From contig CAIIXF020000001.1 in NCBI GenBank assembly GCA_903813345.2, positions 34,472,001-34,536,000 on the forward strand: a stretch of 64,000 nucleotides of DNA, in the 5' to 3' direction. Each line of letters starts with the position of its first letter. The first letter of the stretch is position 1. The notes below the pieces were generated by a model. That model was not told the origin of the DNA and searched no databases. It saw nothing but the letters and a program-made list of their open reading frames with translations. Made by a program: the position numbers and the translations under genes. Of the stretch, positions 24,466 through 37,205 are shown piece by piece. This DNA is from Owenia fusiformis. Its lineage: Eukaryota.

Positions 24466-25880
24466 TTATCGTACCTAATAAAGGTACGATATTGTCGTCA
24501 GCTTGACGAGCGGCGGCGGCGGGCGGGCGGCGTCTCACTTTTCAGGTTGTCTACAGGTTTCCAGCCAAACCATTTGACAGATTCATCTGAAATTTCAGGA
24601 ATGTTTCTACGTATCAAAGTTAAGAACTGATTTGTTTTTTGGCATTCTGGGTAAATTTTAAGGTGGCCATTTTGGATTTTCCGTCCTAAAATCTTCACTT
24701 TCAAGACTTGTCTACAGGTTTCCAGCCAAACCATTTGACGGATTCATCTGAAATTTTCAGGGATGTTTCTACGTATCAAAGTTAAGAACTGATTAGTTTT
24801 TTGGCATTCTGGGTAAAATTTAAGGTGGCCATTTTGGATTTTCCGTCCTAAAATCTTCACTTTCAAGACTTGTCTACAGGTTTCCAGCCAAACCATTTGA
24901 CGGATTCATTCGAAATTCTCAGGGATGTTTCTACATATCAAAGTTAACAACTGATTAGTTTTTGGGCATTCTGGGTAAATTTTAAGGTGGCCATTTTGGA
25001 TTTTCCGTCCTAAAATCTTCACTTTCAAGACTTGTCTACAGGTTTCCAGCCAAACCATTTGACGGATTCATCTGAAATTTTCAGGGATGTTTCTACGTAT
25101 CAAAGTTAAGAACTGATTAGTTTTTTGGCATTCTGGGTAAAATTTAAGGTGGCCATTTTGGATTTTCCGTCCTAAAATCTTCACTTTCAAGACTTGTCTA
25201 CAGGTTTCCAGCCAAACCATTTGACGGATTCATTCGAAATTTACAGGGATGTTTCTACATATCAATGTTAACAACTGATTAGTTTTTGGGCATTCTGGGT
25301 AAATTTTAAGGTGGCCCTTTTGGATTTTCCGTCCTAAAATCTTCACTTTCAAGACTTGTCTACAGGTTTCCAGCCAAACCATTTGACGGATTCATCTGAA
25401 ATTTTCAGGGATGTTTCTACGTATCAAAGTTAAGAACTGATTAGTTTTTTGGCATTCTGGGTAAAATTTAAGGTGGCCATTTTGGATTTTCCGTCCTAAA
25501 ATCTTCACTTTCAAGACTTGTCTACAGGTTTACAGCCAAACCATTTGACGGATTCATTTGAAATTTACAGGGATGTTTCTACGTATCAAAGTTAACAACT
25601 GATTAGTTTTTGGGCATTCTGGGTTAATTTTAAGGTGGCCATTTTGGATTTTCCGTCCTAAAATCTTCACTTTCAAGACTTGTCTACAGGTTTCCAGCCA
25701 AACCATTTGATGGATTCATCTGAAATTTTCAGGGATGTTTCTACGTATCAAAGTTAAGAATTGATTAGTTTTTGGGCATTCTGGGTAAATTTTAAGGTGG
25801 CCATTTTGGATTTTCCGTCCTAAATTCTTCACTGTCACACTGCTGTGTTTTAGGTACGATATTGTTCACGTCTGTGCCTT
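24466..25880 (+). mobile_element. Helentron/HINE-type element, family C (8 x 162 bp)
   Basis: Same head and tail as 23225..23988; GTCTACAGG every 161-162 bp from 24549 to 25682. Confidence 0.85.
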
Positions 25881-26479
25881 ATTTATTAGCCTAAACCGGA
25901 AGTTTGTTCTCTGTCGTCCGCGCAATTTTTTTACTTTTATTTCAGATTACGCTTCAGTTTCAACTTTTAATGCTTTCTAATAATCTTCAAGTGATTTCTA
26001 TGAGAAAGTTTTCGTAAAAAGACTCACACTGTCAGAGATTTTATCGATTCAAGCGGCCAGAAAAATTAGTTTCAATTTCACCCGCTAGGTGTTTCGACGT
26101 CGACTTGGAAAGAATTTGAAAAAATCTATGAGTGGGACTCCTTGTATTGAATTGTAGATTCTAAACGATTTGCCATTATGCATACATTTTTATAAAATAG
26201 GAATAAGGAAGAAGATGTTAGACCAAACTTCGCCCCGATAGCTCAGAAAAGGTAAAATTTCTCCATTTTTCTCTCCACAGACCTTAGAGCCGCTTTAAGT
26301 TCATTTACTTCAGAGTAAAATGTTTTATTTTATTTTTACTCTGAAGTAAATGAACTTAAGTTATTATTACTATCAATAAAACAACAGTATCTAAGGTTTT
26401 TCGACACAGAATGCCACTTAAAATGATTACACATGTATATCACTACATAGTTGCAAAATTTAGGACCATGCATATACAA

Positions 26480-26559
26480 GCCACTCTCGTCTAGTGGTTA
26501 TGGCGTTCGCCTAGTACTCCCACGGCGCTGGTTCGATTCTACGTTGGTACATTTTTTTT
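26480..26559 (+). pseudogene. tRNA-derived sequence (tRNA pseudogene or SINE head)
   Basis: A-box-like TCGTCTAGTGGTTA, B box GGTTCGATTC at tRNA spacing, followed by a run of Ts; acceptor and anticodon stems do not pair convincingly. Confidence 0.45.
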
Positions 26560-27763
26560 ATTATGAACAACAAACCAAAAGTTTGTTCTCTGAGGTCCCG
26601 AGATTATGTACACCATTTCTTAAAAATTCATGGGCTAGCTGCCTCGCTCCAACGCTCAACCATCCATGTTTATTGAAATTAATCACTTGTATTGGCTTTG
26701 CTATATTCTCAAGCTTACAGAATACAGGGAATCCCATTTGAAGGTGGCAAAAAGTTTGATGAAGACCTGGGGATGAAGAAAAGGATCTTGTTATATTCTA
26801 GATACAGCACATCATGATGCAGTTTATCGGGAATGCAGGGACATCAGCCCGGGGACATCAGAGAATACACTTCCAAATCTATTGCCTATCAGATTCCAAT
26901 GCCGATTTTTTAGGATTTTTCAAATGACAAGAGCCACTTCAACCTCAAAAGTCCTTCATTTGTATCAAAGTTTTTTTAGGCTAGCCTCCAATTCATCAAT
27001 AAATGTGACCCCAACACCATTCTCCCAAGGGCTTATTCTAAATGTTTACTGATTAGTAAAATTGAACAAGTATATGACTGCTCCAAGTAGCAGCACCACG
27101 AATGTTTACTGAACCTTTAAAAAGCCAAATTTAGACTGAGGATTGAAAAGGTTCTAAGAACTTTTATTTTTCTCGGTAGACTGGAAGTTTACGAGTGGAG
27201 TAAAAAGTGATAATGTTCTTTTTATGGAGTGGGGAAGTCAAAACAGTTCTTTTTGGAAGTCATGCATTCAAAGATCATTAAGAAGCATTTAAAATCAAAT
27301 CCACGGCAAAATTGAAATGACTGAAATCTTTGTATGTTTTCTTCTTCATCTTCTTCGCGGACCTCAGAGAAGACACTTCCGGTTAAATAATCGGTGAGTT
27401 TATCAATCAAAAAATATATTTTTATGAATTTCTCCAGTATCTGCTTAAATATGGTATGTAAAGGGGACATGCCATTAAGAGGCCATTCTCTGACTTAGTC
27501 ATTTTTTCAAAAGTCTGAAAATAAAAAAAGACATGAAAAGTTCTAAAATATTCTGAATAACAAGTTGAATATATATATTTAATGATGGCACAAGCAAAAG
27601 TCTGAAAATTAACATGAAATGAAGTGTTTTGACAGATGCAAAAGATGGTAGATTTGTGATGAAGAAATAGAGGTTTTTGCAGTAACAACACAATTACCTC
27701 CAAGTTATCCGTTATGAGAGGCTGAGGACTAAACTTGACATAATTTTCAATCTCAGATTATCA

Positions 27764-28720
27764 CAGTACTGTCAACCCCTAAAGATTTTCTCGCGGGACA
27801 GATTTTTTAGACCCAGTGCCCAAAATTCGCGGGATTTTGCGGGACATCTACTAAATTCGCGGGATTTCGCGGGACATTTAAGGGATTTGCGTGATTGCGC
27901 TAATAGGCCAACTTTTTTTCTCAAATTCGCGGGACCATTCGAGGGACAAACACCCTAATTGCGGGATAGTTAACAGGTTTAACGCCAAAAACTTGATAGA
28001 GGGACAGATTTTTTAGACAAAGTGCCCTAAATTTGCGGGATTTCGCGGGACATTCACCTAAATTTGCAGGATGTCCCGGGACATTCAAGGATTTGCGTTT
28101 TATTTGAAGCTTCTAGCTCAATTTTGAAGGATACATACATTTTTGTGAATTCAAAACAAATCTTACACGTTTTCTCATAATCTAATTATGTTATATATTC
28201 GTATTTTTCGTTTTTTGGGTACCCGTTTTTTGACCGGGTACCGGGTACGAAGTTTGAACCCAGCATGGAGGATTTACTATCCGGTACCCGGTTTTTCTAC
28301 AAACCCTTTCTAGATATCAGCGTCCATTTATTGTAACTCGCGTTTGCTAACATTTGCTCAGTTCTGAGATGAAGGCCACATGGATAGTAAAAAGGCCAAC
28401 GTTAGAACTATTTTTGACCTACATCCCTATTTTCGTAATTAAAATGAAAGTTGAAACCAACCCTCTTTATTTTGATACCAAACAACAGCATGCTAGGTAC
28501 TTAAAATTAGGTAAACTTTACTCCTCAAAAGTGCAAAAACTTGGCTTCTTATATAGATAAGATAATCACAATATAGGGGATTGCAACAATTTCGGAAATT
28601 CGCGGAGGTCAAAACCACATTTGCGGGACTTCGCGGGACATTGCGGGACACGCGAATTAGCCTAATTTTGATCAAATTCGCGGGATAATCCCGCCATTCG
28701 CGGGACACTTGACAGCTCTG
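27764..28720. mobile_element. hAT-like MITE with 6-bp target duplication
   Basis: TTATCA|CAGTACTGTCAA...TTGACAGCTCTG|TTATCA, many subterminal CGCGGGA motifs; it carries at 28222-28307 a repeat also present at ~6790-6862. Confidence 0.7.
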
Positions 28721-31132
28721 TTATCAGTAGTATCTTACTTAAGCCGGACAGCCACTCTAAATGTATATGGAGCCCATAAGATTCATTTTTCTCAATTGAA
28801 GTCACTATTTCTGCTTTTTAGCTTCAGAGGATAGGAGGTACATGAACATGCTTAGTTAACCTAGATCACAAGCCTTACCACAAATATAAAGTATATAGGA
28901 ATAGAGTTGATATGTGTGAAAACCTTAAACTTCCCATTTTATTTGGGATGGAACTTGTGGACCATGTGTATTTCTAACATCTTCACATGTGCATGGATCT
29001 AAAATTGTGGCAGCCATCTTGGATTTGTCATATTATGTGGACATGGTTTTGGTTGTGCTGAATTTGTTTCAAAATAACATTTCTTGTATACCTTCGATAA
29101 GTGAGATAGGCATTTGAAATTAAATACAGATAGTATACTTGACATTTAATGCAGTAAACAGTAATACAATTTATTCTTACATAATAAGTGAGTCCAGACA
29201 AAAAGTTGTTACTGTGTTAGTTTAACTGGGCATAAATTACACTCATTGGCCTTGGTTTTCTTAATTGGCTTGGATAAAATGTTGTTCTGTTTATTCAGAA
29301 AAGGAGTATAGTTCAATATACAAGTTCACATTCGTTCCATCCTCTTGTAGAAATGAATCTCATATTATTTCATCTCAAATAGAGAACACAAAAATATAAT
29401 AAAAAACAAGTTTCTATTAATTGCAAAAGTTAGCTTCTATGTCATGACTGAGTTTGGGTTCCGCTTCTAGGGAAAAAATATCCATCTGGAAATATCATAT
29501 ACACTCCATATTTAATCCTCCCAGTAAATAACATTGATATACAGTATACAAGTATATATGACATCGAGGATCTGGGGTTTGGGTAATGTGAGACATGAGG
29601 CCACTTGTCTTTTTGAATCTCATATTCAATATTCTTCCTTTAAACCCTCATATTTAATATTTTTGGAGTGGTAATTCAATTATGTACATATTTTTTATTC
29701 TTTATCCCATAGTTGAACTCTGTTCTGCTCTGTTAGGTAACATGAAAACATATTTATGATATTTTGCAAATGTGTGGAAAAAGTGATATCTGTGGAATAC
29801 GGAAAATATTTCACAGATATCACCTTTTGGCAGGGATTCGAAAACTACCACCAATATGATGTCTTTTGTTACATAGTGATTTCATGACATCACGGGGATG
29901 AATGAATGGATGTTGTTTTGATATGCTTTGTTTAGTTTTAGAGGTGAACTATGGGAAAAATAGAACATCCTATGAATTTTCGTGATATTGTGTTAATCCA
30001 ACTCATTGATATCAATATCTGCGCTAATTCGCTATGCTAACTTGGCAAGATATTGATATCACCTCGGAGATAAAGATGAAATCATTTAAAATCATATGAT
30101 ATCCTATACATATCCTTTACTGTGCCACAACTTTCTTATATGTTATATATTTTGGCACAGGCCATCATTTATTTTCCTTGAATTCATGATTTTGTTCCTC
30201 GTTTTAGAAATGAGAGGAAATCTTTGATTTTCCTTGTATTTAAGTTGCTTAAATGTTGCCCTGTGATAATTGATAAAATTCAATAGTAATCCATTACATT
30301 CACAGTTGAAATGTACCCATTCCTAGCCCAGAACCTACCAAAATAGCATTTGCATTTTGTCAATATTGCCCTATGTGCTTTTCCATGAAAATAATTTTAA
30401 TCGTATCTTTTCTTCAGTATTTCATATATTACAGTTTAATATATTTAAATTGGTTAATATTTATATACTATTTACTTAGACAACAATAAATAAAGAATTT
30501 TTTGTAAAAACACCAAAAATTGTATATGATCTTTAAATGACTGTTGTGTGAACATCAAAGGTCAAAATTCGCTGAAATTGTATTTTTATAAAGCACAAAT
30601 GATTTTTCTTCAATATGATATGCATTATTATCTTTTATCTTTAGGGGCTAAATAGGGCCCTTAATGACACCCGTCCTTTGTGTTGATTGTTAAATTACAA
30701 AATAGGTTGGGTAAAGATTAAGTCGTTTGATCTCGTCCCATGGAGCAATATATTTTGTCATTTCCGTCCCCTAGCTAGGCCTAATTATAAATCTCCATTT
30801 TTGCAATGATTCAACACAAGAAGTATCTGACCCCCCTCTAAATAAGTGTAACTTGGTACAGCCCATTTCACTGTTTTATTGCGTCAGACAAACCCCAAAA
30901 ATAAGAAATCAGGAGACCATTGTGCAATGATATATATTGGCGCCAGATGTTTTAAGATTTGATAAGAATTTACATACCATATTTAAGCAGATACTGGAGA
31001 AATTCATAAAAATATATTTTTTGATTGATAAACTCACCGATTATTTAACCGGAAGTGTCTTCTCTGTGTTGTTGTAAAATTGAGTATATGTCATTTGAAA
31101 CCCTCTCTAACAGAATTTTTTTATAAACTAAC

Positions 31133-32979
31133 GGTTACCTGTATTTTACAGGCGGGCAGGCGACCCAGGCGGGCGCTTTTTTTTCATAGGGGTGGTAGCA
31201 GACTTGCCAACCTAAAGTGAAAAATTTTCGGGAGATTTAAAAAAAATTGCGGTACTTTTACCGTAGTTTTTTTCAAAATCCGGGCGTTTTTGCGGTAAAT
31301 GTTGAAATAAAACGGGAGTTTTTACGGGAGATTTCACAAGATAGCACCCATTTGTTAGGGAAATATAGGGAACGCCTCCGTCCGTACGTACATCCTTCCG
31401 TCCGTATGTCCGTCTGTCCAGGCAATTACTCAAATACTGTTGACCCGATTTTGTTCATATTTCATACACATGTGTTCTATGGGGGTAGAAGTTCTGCTCG
31501 AAAGCCGATTTTCATTTTAGTGCCAATTTTACAGTTATTTTACCATATTTGCTATGTGACTACTTATTAGCATGGTACACTGTTTATGACAGTTTGGCTA
31601 GAAGGCGGCCATTTTGAAAATCGCCGCCATTTTTACAATGGTGGCCATTTTAATGCCGATTTTACAGTTATTTAGGTACAGTATATAGAACTGTAATAGC
31701 AATGTGTTTTAAATGTAAAAGTTATATAAGACATTAATAAAGCTAGACATGTAGATATTTAAGAAACACATTGCAGCCATCCTGACAAATGGTGGCTTTT
31801 ACCCTTTGTTTTACATTTTTGCAATAACTTGAAAAGTAGTGGAGCGATTTTGTTCATATTTGGTATGTGACTACTTATTAGCATGGCACACTGTTTATGA
31901 CACTTTGGCTAGAAGGCGGCCATTTTGAAAATCGTCTGCCATTTTAATGCCGATTTTACAGTTATTTAGGTACAGTATATAGAACTGTAATAGCAATGTG
32001 TTTTAAATGTAAAAGTTATATAGGACATTAATAAAGCTAGACATGTAGATCTATTTAAGAAACACATAGCAGCCATCTTGAAAAATGGCGACTTTTACGC
32101 GCTGTTTTACAATTTTTGCAATAACTTGAAAAGTAGTGGAGCGATTTTGTTCATATTGAGTATGTGACTACTTATTAGCATGGCACACTGTTTATGACAC
32201 TTTGGCTAGAAGGCGGCCATCTTGAAAATGGCCACAATTTTTACATGTGTAATTTTACGTTTTTTACTATAACTCAAAAAGTAACGGAGTGATTTTGTTC
32301 ATATTTGATATGTGAATACTCATAAGCATGGTACACTGTCTTATGAGTCAAGTGAGGTCACCTGCTTGACCACTGAGAACATTAAATTTAGAGAAAATCG
32401 GGACAAACTGAGCATGGCATAAGTAAACTGAACAATATTGCAAAATATTACACAGGATTTAAAAGGCCGAAACTGTTTGGAAAGTTCCTAAATTTGGTGT
32501 ATGTAATTAAAATCTTGACTGGAAGTTAAAAATCCAGTGTCCTTGACCTGACTGGAAGACGACAACAAGATAGGTCCAACAAGATAATGCAGCAAACTCT
32601 TTGTCGAGATCTGCTTGGAGAAAAAAGTTGCCTAGCCCTGATACCCCGGCCTGATACCATCAGTAGTGTAAGGCACTGAACGATACCATATACTTGTTTG
32701 TTTTGTTGTTGGTTAGGTAGCACGCCTGTGACATCACAAACGATTGACAAGAATTGAAACCCTGCTTCAGTAAACTTGATTTCTTATTTTCAAGGACAAT
32801 TTGGATACTTTTAGTTCGGTAGGCCTAAGGCCAAAGTATGTTAGCTTTTTTTGTAATGACAACATAATCTTAAAGATAGTCTATAAATTAATTTTGGAAT
32901 GTGTTTTTGATCCTACCACCCCTATGAAAAAAATAAAAGCGCCCCCCCCCCTGGGTCGCCTGCCCACATACAGGTAACC
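31133..32979. mobile_element. TIR element with nested insertions
   Basis: GGTTACCTGTA...GGGCAGGCGACCCAGG...TTTCATAGGGGTGGTAG at 31133-31198 is mirrored at 32912-32979. Confidence 0.6.
31357..32346 (+). mobile_element. Truncated, rearranged HINE family B copy
   Basis: Reverse complement of the 3588..4923 family: AGGGAAATATAGGGAACGCCTCCGTCCGTACG..., monomers with GAAAAGTAGTGGAGCGATTTTGTTCATA. Confidence 0.75.
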
Positions 32980-33449
32980 TATACATCTAACCCTAAGACG
33001 TCTTGGCTAAAACATTTTAGATAGAAGCGGGAAAGGAATAGCTGTCAGTGGCGGATAAAGGGGGGTGCCTTATGCCTTATTTGGTATCAAAAATAAAAAG
33101 AAGTTCACCTCTCAATTTAATAATGAAAATAGTGACGCAGGTCAAAAATAGTTATCCTGTGGCCATGTTTACTAGGCGTGTGCCCGTCATATTAGAACTG
33201 GGCAAAAGGTAGCAAATGTTAGTTACTATGAATTAAGGCTAAGTGGAGTTTGGGAAGTAAACTGTTAACACCATTTCTTTTGGAGTAACTTGAGTTAACT
33301 TAGAAGTTTGTAGGAGCATAATAACATAGTTTACCACATACATTCAGTCCCAATCTAACATACAGTGATAATGTCAACTACAATGAAGAATCTGAGAAGG
33401 TGGACACAATAAATCACTACAATCAATCATTAATTACCTAACTTTTTAG

Positions 33450-33508
33450 GTTCTAGATAAACAAATCCAGGCTGCGCGCAAAGAGCCAAAGAACAAGAAC
33501 AAAGACAA
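33450..33508 (+). CDS. SZRD1: SZRD1 exon 2 (VLDKQIQAARKEPKNKNKD)
   Basis: TTTTTAG| acceptor, AA|GTAAGT donor (phase 2); frame joins exons 1 and 3. Confidence 0.8.
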
Positions 33509-34020
33509 GTAAGTACTGTAGTTATAGGTGAAGTACAATGGGCACTCAGACTTGGAGCATTCCCCATGTTCCCAGACAGACCTTCTTATTTATCCATTGC
33601 TTACCTCCAATGAATATAATAGATACATATAATACCTCTTGGGTTTATATGTGATAGACGGACCCAAGAATTTTCACTTGGAATGACTGCTAATCACTTC
33701 TAACTTCTTCTGAGAGGGAATAAACGAAATCAATAAATAGGCGTATACCGTATTTAGGAGGTCTCTTGTTAAAGTTGTTTTATATGTGACAATAATCTAA
33801 ATTAATAGATGTTTGGACATTGATTTTATATATTTCATAATCATATTTCATACTTTTTATAAGCAATTATTCAGGTCCAAAAGTTCTAAATTCCTAACTC
33901 TTGTTCATAAGCAAATCTGAACTGGTAGGTCTGAAGTGCTTATGGGACTTCTAGTTTTAATGTCAGCACAATAGCCATGTCATGTATTAACTATTAATGC
34001 CTTGTCTCTCTGTATTGTAG

Positions 34021-34146
34021 GAAAGATGAGGACTTCACCTCTACAGGAAAGCTGCTTGAAGACACAGAGAGGACCACTTACACTCCAACTGTAAAGATAC
34101 TTAAACGACAACCTGATCAGAATGCTTCTGCCTCAACAAAGACTAA
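34021..34146 (+). CDS. SZRD1: SZRD1 exon 3 (...LLEDTERTTYTPTVKILKRQP...)
   Basis: TTGTAG| acceptor, AA|GTAAGG donor; contains the SUZ 'KILKR' motif. Confidence 0.9.
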
Positions 34147-34573
34147 GTAAGGTTTTCCTCTGTGCTTGGATAATTTATGTTCATGATTTTGAATTGTGAA
34201 TCAGAACTAACTAACCGTCTATTCAAATACCCTGTCTCATATAGTTGTACAATATTAATCTGTTAAGATTTTTCATAAGAGAATAATTCATTTTGAATGA
34301 TTTTTTGAAGGGAAGATATTCACTCAATCAATGGGAAAGTTCACTAAGATTGTTTTCTTCTAAAATTCAACCTGAAGACATGTACTGGACTCAAATCAGG
34401 GAAATCAGCCAGATATATTTGGGTTATAATATTTGCTATGGGTCGCTTAGCCCATCTCTAGAGAATAGTGGTCTTTCAAAGAAGATTGTCCCCTTCTCTC
34501 CCCCAAAAAGTGTGAACGTTTACTGATTTTTTGAGTAAAAAAAAAATTCAACTTTACTTTCCCCCAAACATTA

Positions 34574-35915
34574 TTATCCCACCGAACAAAGTTTGAGGGG
34601 GATATAGAAAAGCCGTCCGTCCCTTGGTCCATCCGTCTGTCCGTTCGTAGGCTTATGCCTTATGGGTGAAGGACCTCTGCTCGAGAAGGAATTTTAAATA
34701 TGGCCGCTTAATTCAAAATAGCGGCCATTTTCCTTGCTCAAGAAGACATTTTCAAGATGGCCACCATATTTCAAAATGGCGGCCATTTTTCGAAAAAACC
34801 ATTATCTTTGTAATTGATAACTCAAATCAAATACCTGTTGACGGATTTCATTCAAATTTTATAGGCTTATGGGTGTAGAACCTCTGCTTGAGAAAGAATT
34901 TTCAATATGGCCGCTTAATTCAAAATGGCAGCCATTTTTCAGAAAAAATATAATCTTTGACAACTCAAATACTAGTGGATGGATTTGGTTTTTATATGCT
35001 GTTGCCTGGGTACAAAGGAGCCTTGCTCAAGAAGACATTTTAAAGATGGCCACCATATTTCAAAATGGTGGCCATTTTTCGTAGAAGAACGTTATCTTTG
35101 ATAACTCAAATACCATTGAATGGATTTGGTTCAAATTTTACATGCTGATGCCAAGGGACACATGAGCTCTGCTCAAAAAGGGATTTTTAAGATGGCAACA
35201 AAATTTCAAAATGGCCACCATTTTTCATAAAAGAAGTAACCTTTGATAACTCAAATACCAGTTGATGGATTTGGTTCAAATTCTATATGCTGATGCCTAG
35301 AGACAAAGAAGTTCTACTCAAGAAGACATTTTCAAGATGGCCATTTTTCGTAAAAAACATAATCATTGATAACTCAAATACCAGTTGATGGATTTGGTTC
35401 CAATTTTATATGCCGATGTTTAGGGGAAAGGGAGATCTGCTTCAGAAGAAATTTCAAAGGCGTCAGCTGAATTTCAAAATGGCTGCCATTTTTCATAAAA
35501 AAAAGGTAATCTTTGATAACTCAAATACCATTTGACGGATTTACTTCAATTTATATTATACTGATGCCTAGAGATAAAGGAGCTCTGCTTGAGAAGAAAT
35601 TTTCAAGGTGGCTGCTATTTATCGAAATCTTCGCCATTTTTCATTAAACATGTAATCCTTGATAACTCAAGTACCAGTTGATGGATTTGGATTAAGTTGT
35701 ATATGCTGATGCCTTGGGACATAGGAGCTCTGCTAAAGAATAAATCTAAAGATGACAGCTGAATTTCAAAATGGCAACCATGTTTCATAAAAACATAATC
35801 TTTGATAATTCAAATACCAGTGGATGGATTTGGCTCAAATTTATATGGCCGCTATTTATCAAAACATGTTTTGTTCGGTGGGATTTGCTACTCCGTGGAG
35901 TTGCTATTTTTCTAG
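34574..35915 (+). mobile_element. Helentron/HINE-type element, family A (more diverged), in SZRD1 intron 3
   Basis: Same head (TTATCCCACCGAAC) and tail (GGTGGGATTTGCTACTCCGTGGAGTTGC..CTAG|TT); degenerate ~130-146-bp monomers; ends ~67 bp before exon 4. Confidence 0.8.
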
Positions 35916-35982
35916 TTAACATAGATGTATAGCAATGTCCCTTCAACATAAATTAACAACCAATGAATTTGTTTGTTTCAAG

Positions 35983-36111
35983 AAAAGTGACACCAGTGAA
36001 GTCTCTAGAACAACGTCAGGCAGACTACAATGAGGCAAGACGTCGCATCATGGGGTCGGGAGATCCAGCTAAACAAGAACAAGGGAATACAGAGCTTGCA
36101 ATAGCTCAGAG
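35983..36111 (+). CDS. SZRD1: SZRD1 exon 4 (KVTPVKSLEQRQADYNEARRRIMGS...)
   Basis: TTTCAAG| acceptor, AG|GTCAGT donor; SUZ core motif KSLxxRxxxYxxARxRIxG. Confidence 0.92.
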
Positions 36112-36327
36112 GTCAGTCATATATCCACTCCCTGTTACTTGACATGTCTATTTTTACTGTTTATGTAATACAATACTATTTGAGTAGATTCACAGTCAAT
36201 TTTATAGTTGGAGTCAATTTCTATATCATGAAAATTCGTTCAGAAATAATATTTGTGTACTAACTACAATTTCAAGATATCTTTACTAATTATCAAAATC
36301 AAATTGTGATTTTTAAAATATTTTCAG

Positions 36328-36433
36328 GCCTGCACATTTGATACAGCGAGTTGAAGAAATGCGGGTGTCGGATAATATCCTACGCCAGCCTAAAGGTCCA
36401 GATGGCAGCACTGGGTTTAATGGGAAGAGGTAA
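36328..36433 (+). CDS. SZRD1: SZRD1 exon 5 (...DNILRQPKGPDGSTGFNGKR*)
   Basis: TTTTCAG| acceptor; SUZ-C motif RQPxGPDGxxGF, then TAA. The five exons total 474 nt = 157 aa + stop. Confidence 0.92.
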
Positions 36434-36799
36434 CAAAATGACCAAATATGGACAAAGATTCTCACAGAACTACAGAAGTAAAGCAATAAGGCATATACAC
36501 ATATGATTCATGGACACAATAACAAGCATCTGGTTCTGTATTGTAACATACAATCTCCAATCAAACAGAACTATGGTTGGTTAATATGGTCATTAAAATG
36601 GTAAAAAAATGTTGACTTGAATGCCAGATACAGTTACACAGGAACATGTGTTATGCTTGCTTACTGCTGAACTTATATGCCGAGTATACGCATTGTATGC
36701 TGTATATGGCTGTATGGATGATGACATGCTTATGTGCCCATGCTCCATGTTCAAAATACATGGAAAATGAAATATACGAAAGTTTGTTGTCACAGGCTC

Positions 36800-37205
36800 A
36801 ATACTTGAATTGAGGACATATTTCAGTCAAACGTCTTGAATCTAGAACAAATTTTAGCCATTACCTGAATTGAAGACACTTGAATTGAGAACATATTTCA
36901 GTCATTACCTGAATTGGAGGCATTTTTCTTCCAATTCTTAAATTGAAAGTATATTTTGTTCAATACTGCACTTGAATTGAGAACATATTTCAGTCATTAC
37001 CTGAATTGAAGGCATTTGTCTCCCAATTCTTAAATTGAAAGTATATTTTGTTCAATACTGCACTTGAATTGAGAACATATTTCACTCAATACTAGAATTG
37101 CAGCTACATTTCATTTAAAACTTGAAATGAATTGGTATTTCATACAATACTAGGATTGGGGATATAAATCCATCAATGCCTAAATTGAGACCATATTTCA
37201 TTCAA
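36800..37205. repeat. Degenerate tandem repeat downstream of the SZRD1 stop codon
   Basis: Recurrent CTTGAATTGAGAACATATTTCAGTCA units, including a near-exact ~92-bp duplication (36877-37085). Confidence 0.65.

Noticed and set aside
23300..25845. Regular repeats that might suggest a CRISPR array
   Set aside because: Head-to-tail 162-bp monomers with no unique spacers, no cas genes, and a spliceosomal-intron eukaryotic context.
26720..27000. Coding-like stretch (YRESHLKVAKSLMKTWG*RKGSCYILDTAHHDAVYRECRDI...)
   Set aside because: Contains stops and a small duplication, and I recognise no family; it cannot be supported without a translated search.
29760..30110. Palindromic GTGATATCTGTG..CACAGATATCAC and GATATCAATATC..GATATTGATATC motifs suggesting a Crypton-like element
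   Set aside because: Boundaries and family could not be defined from the sequence alone.
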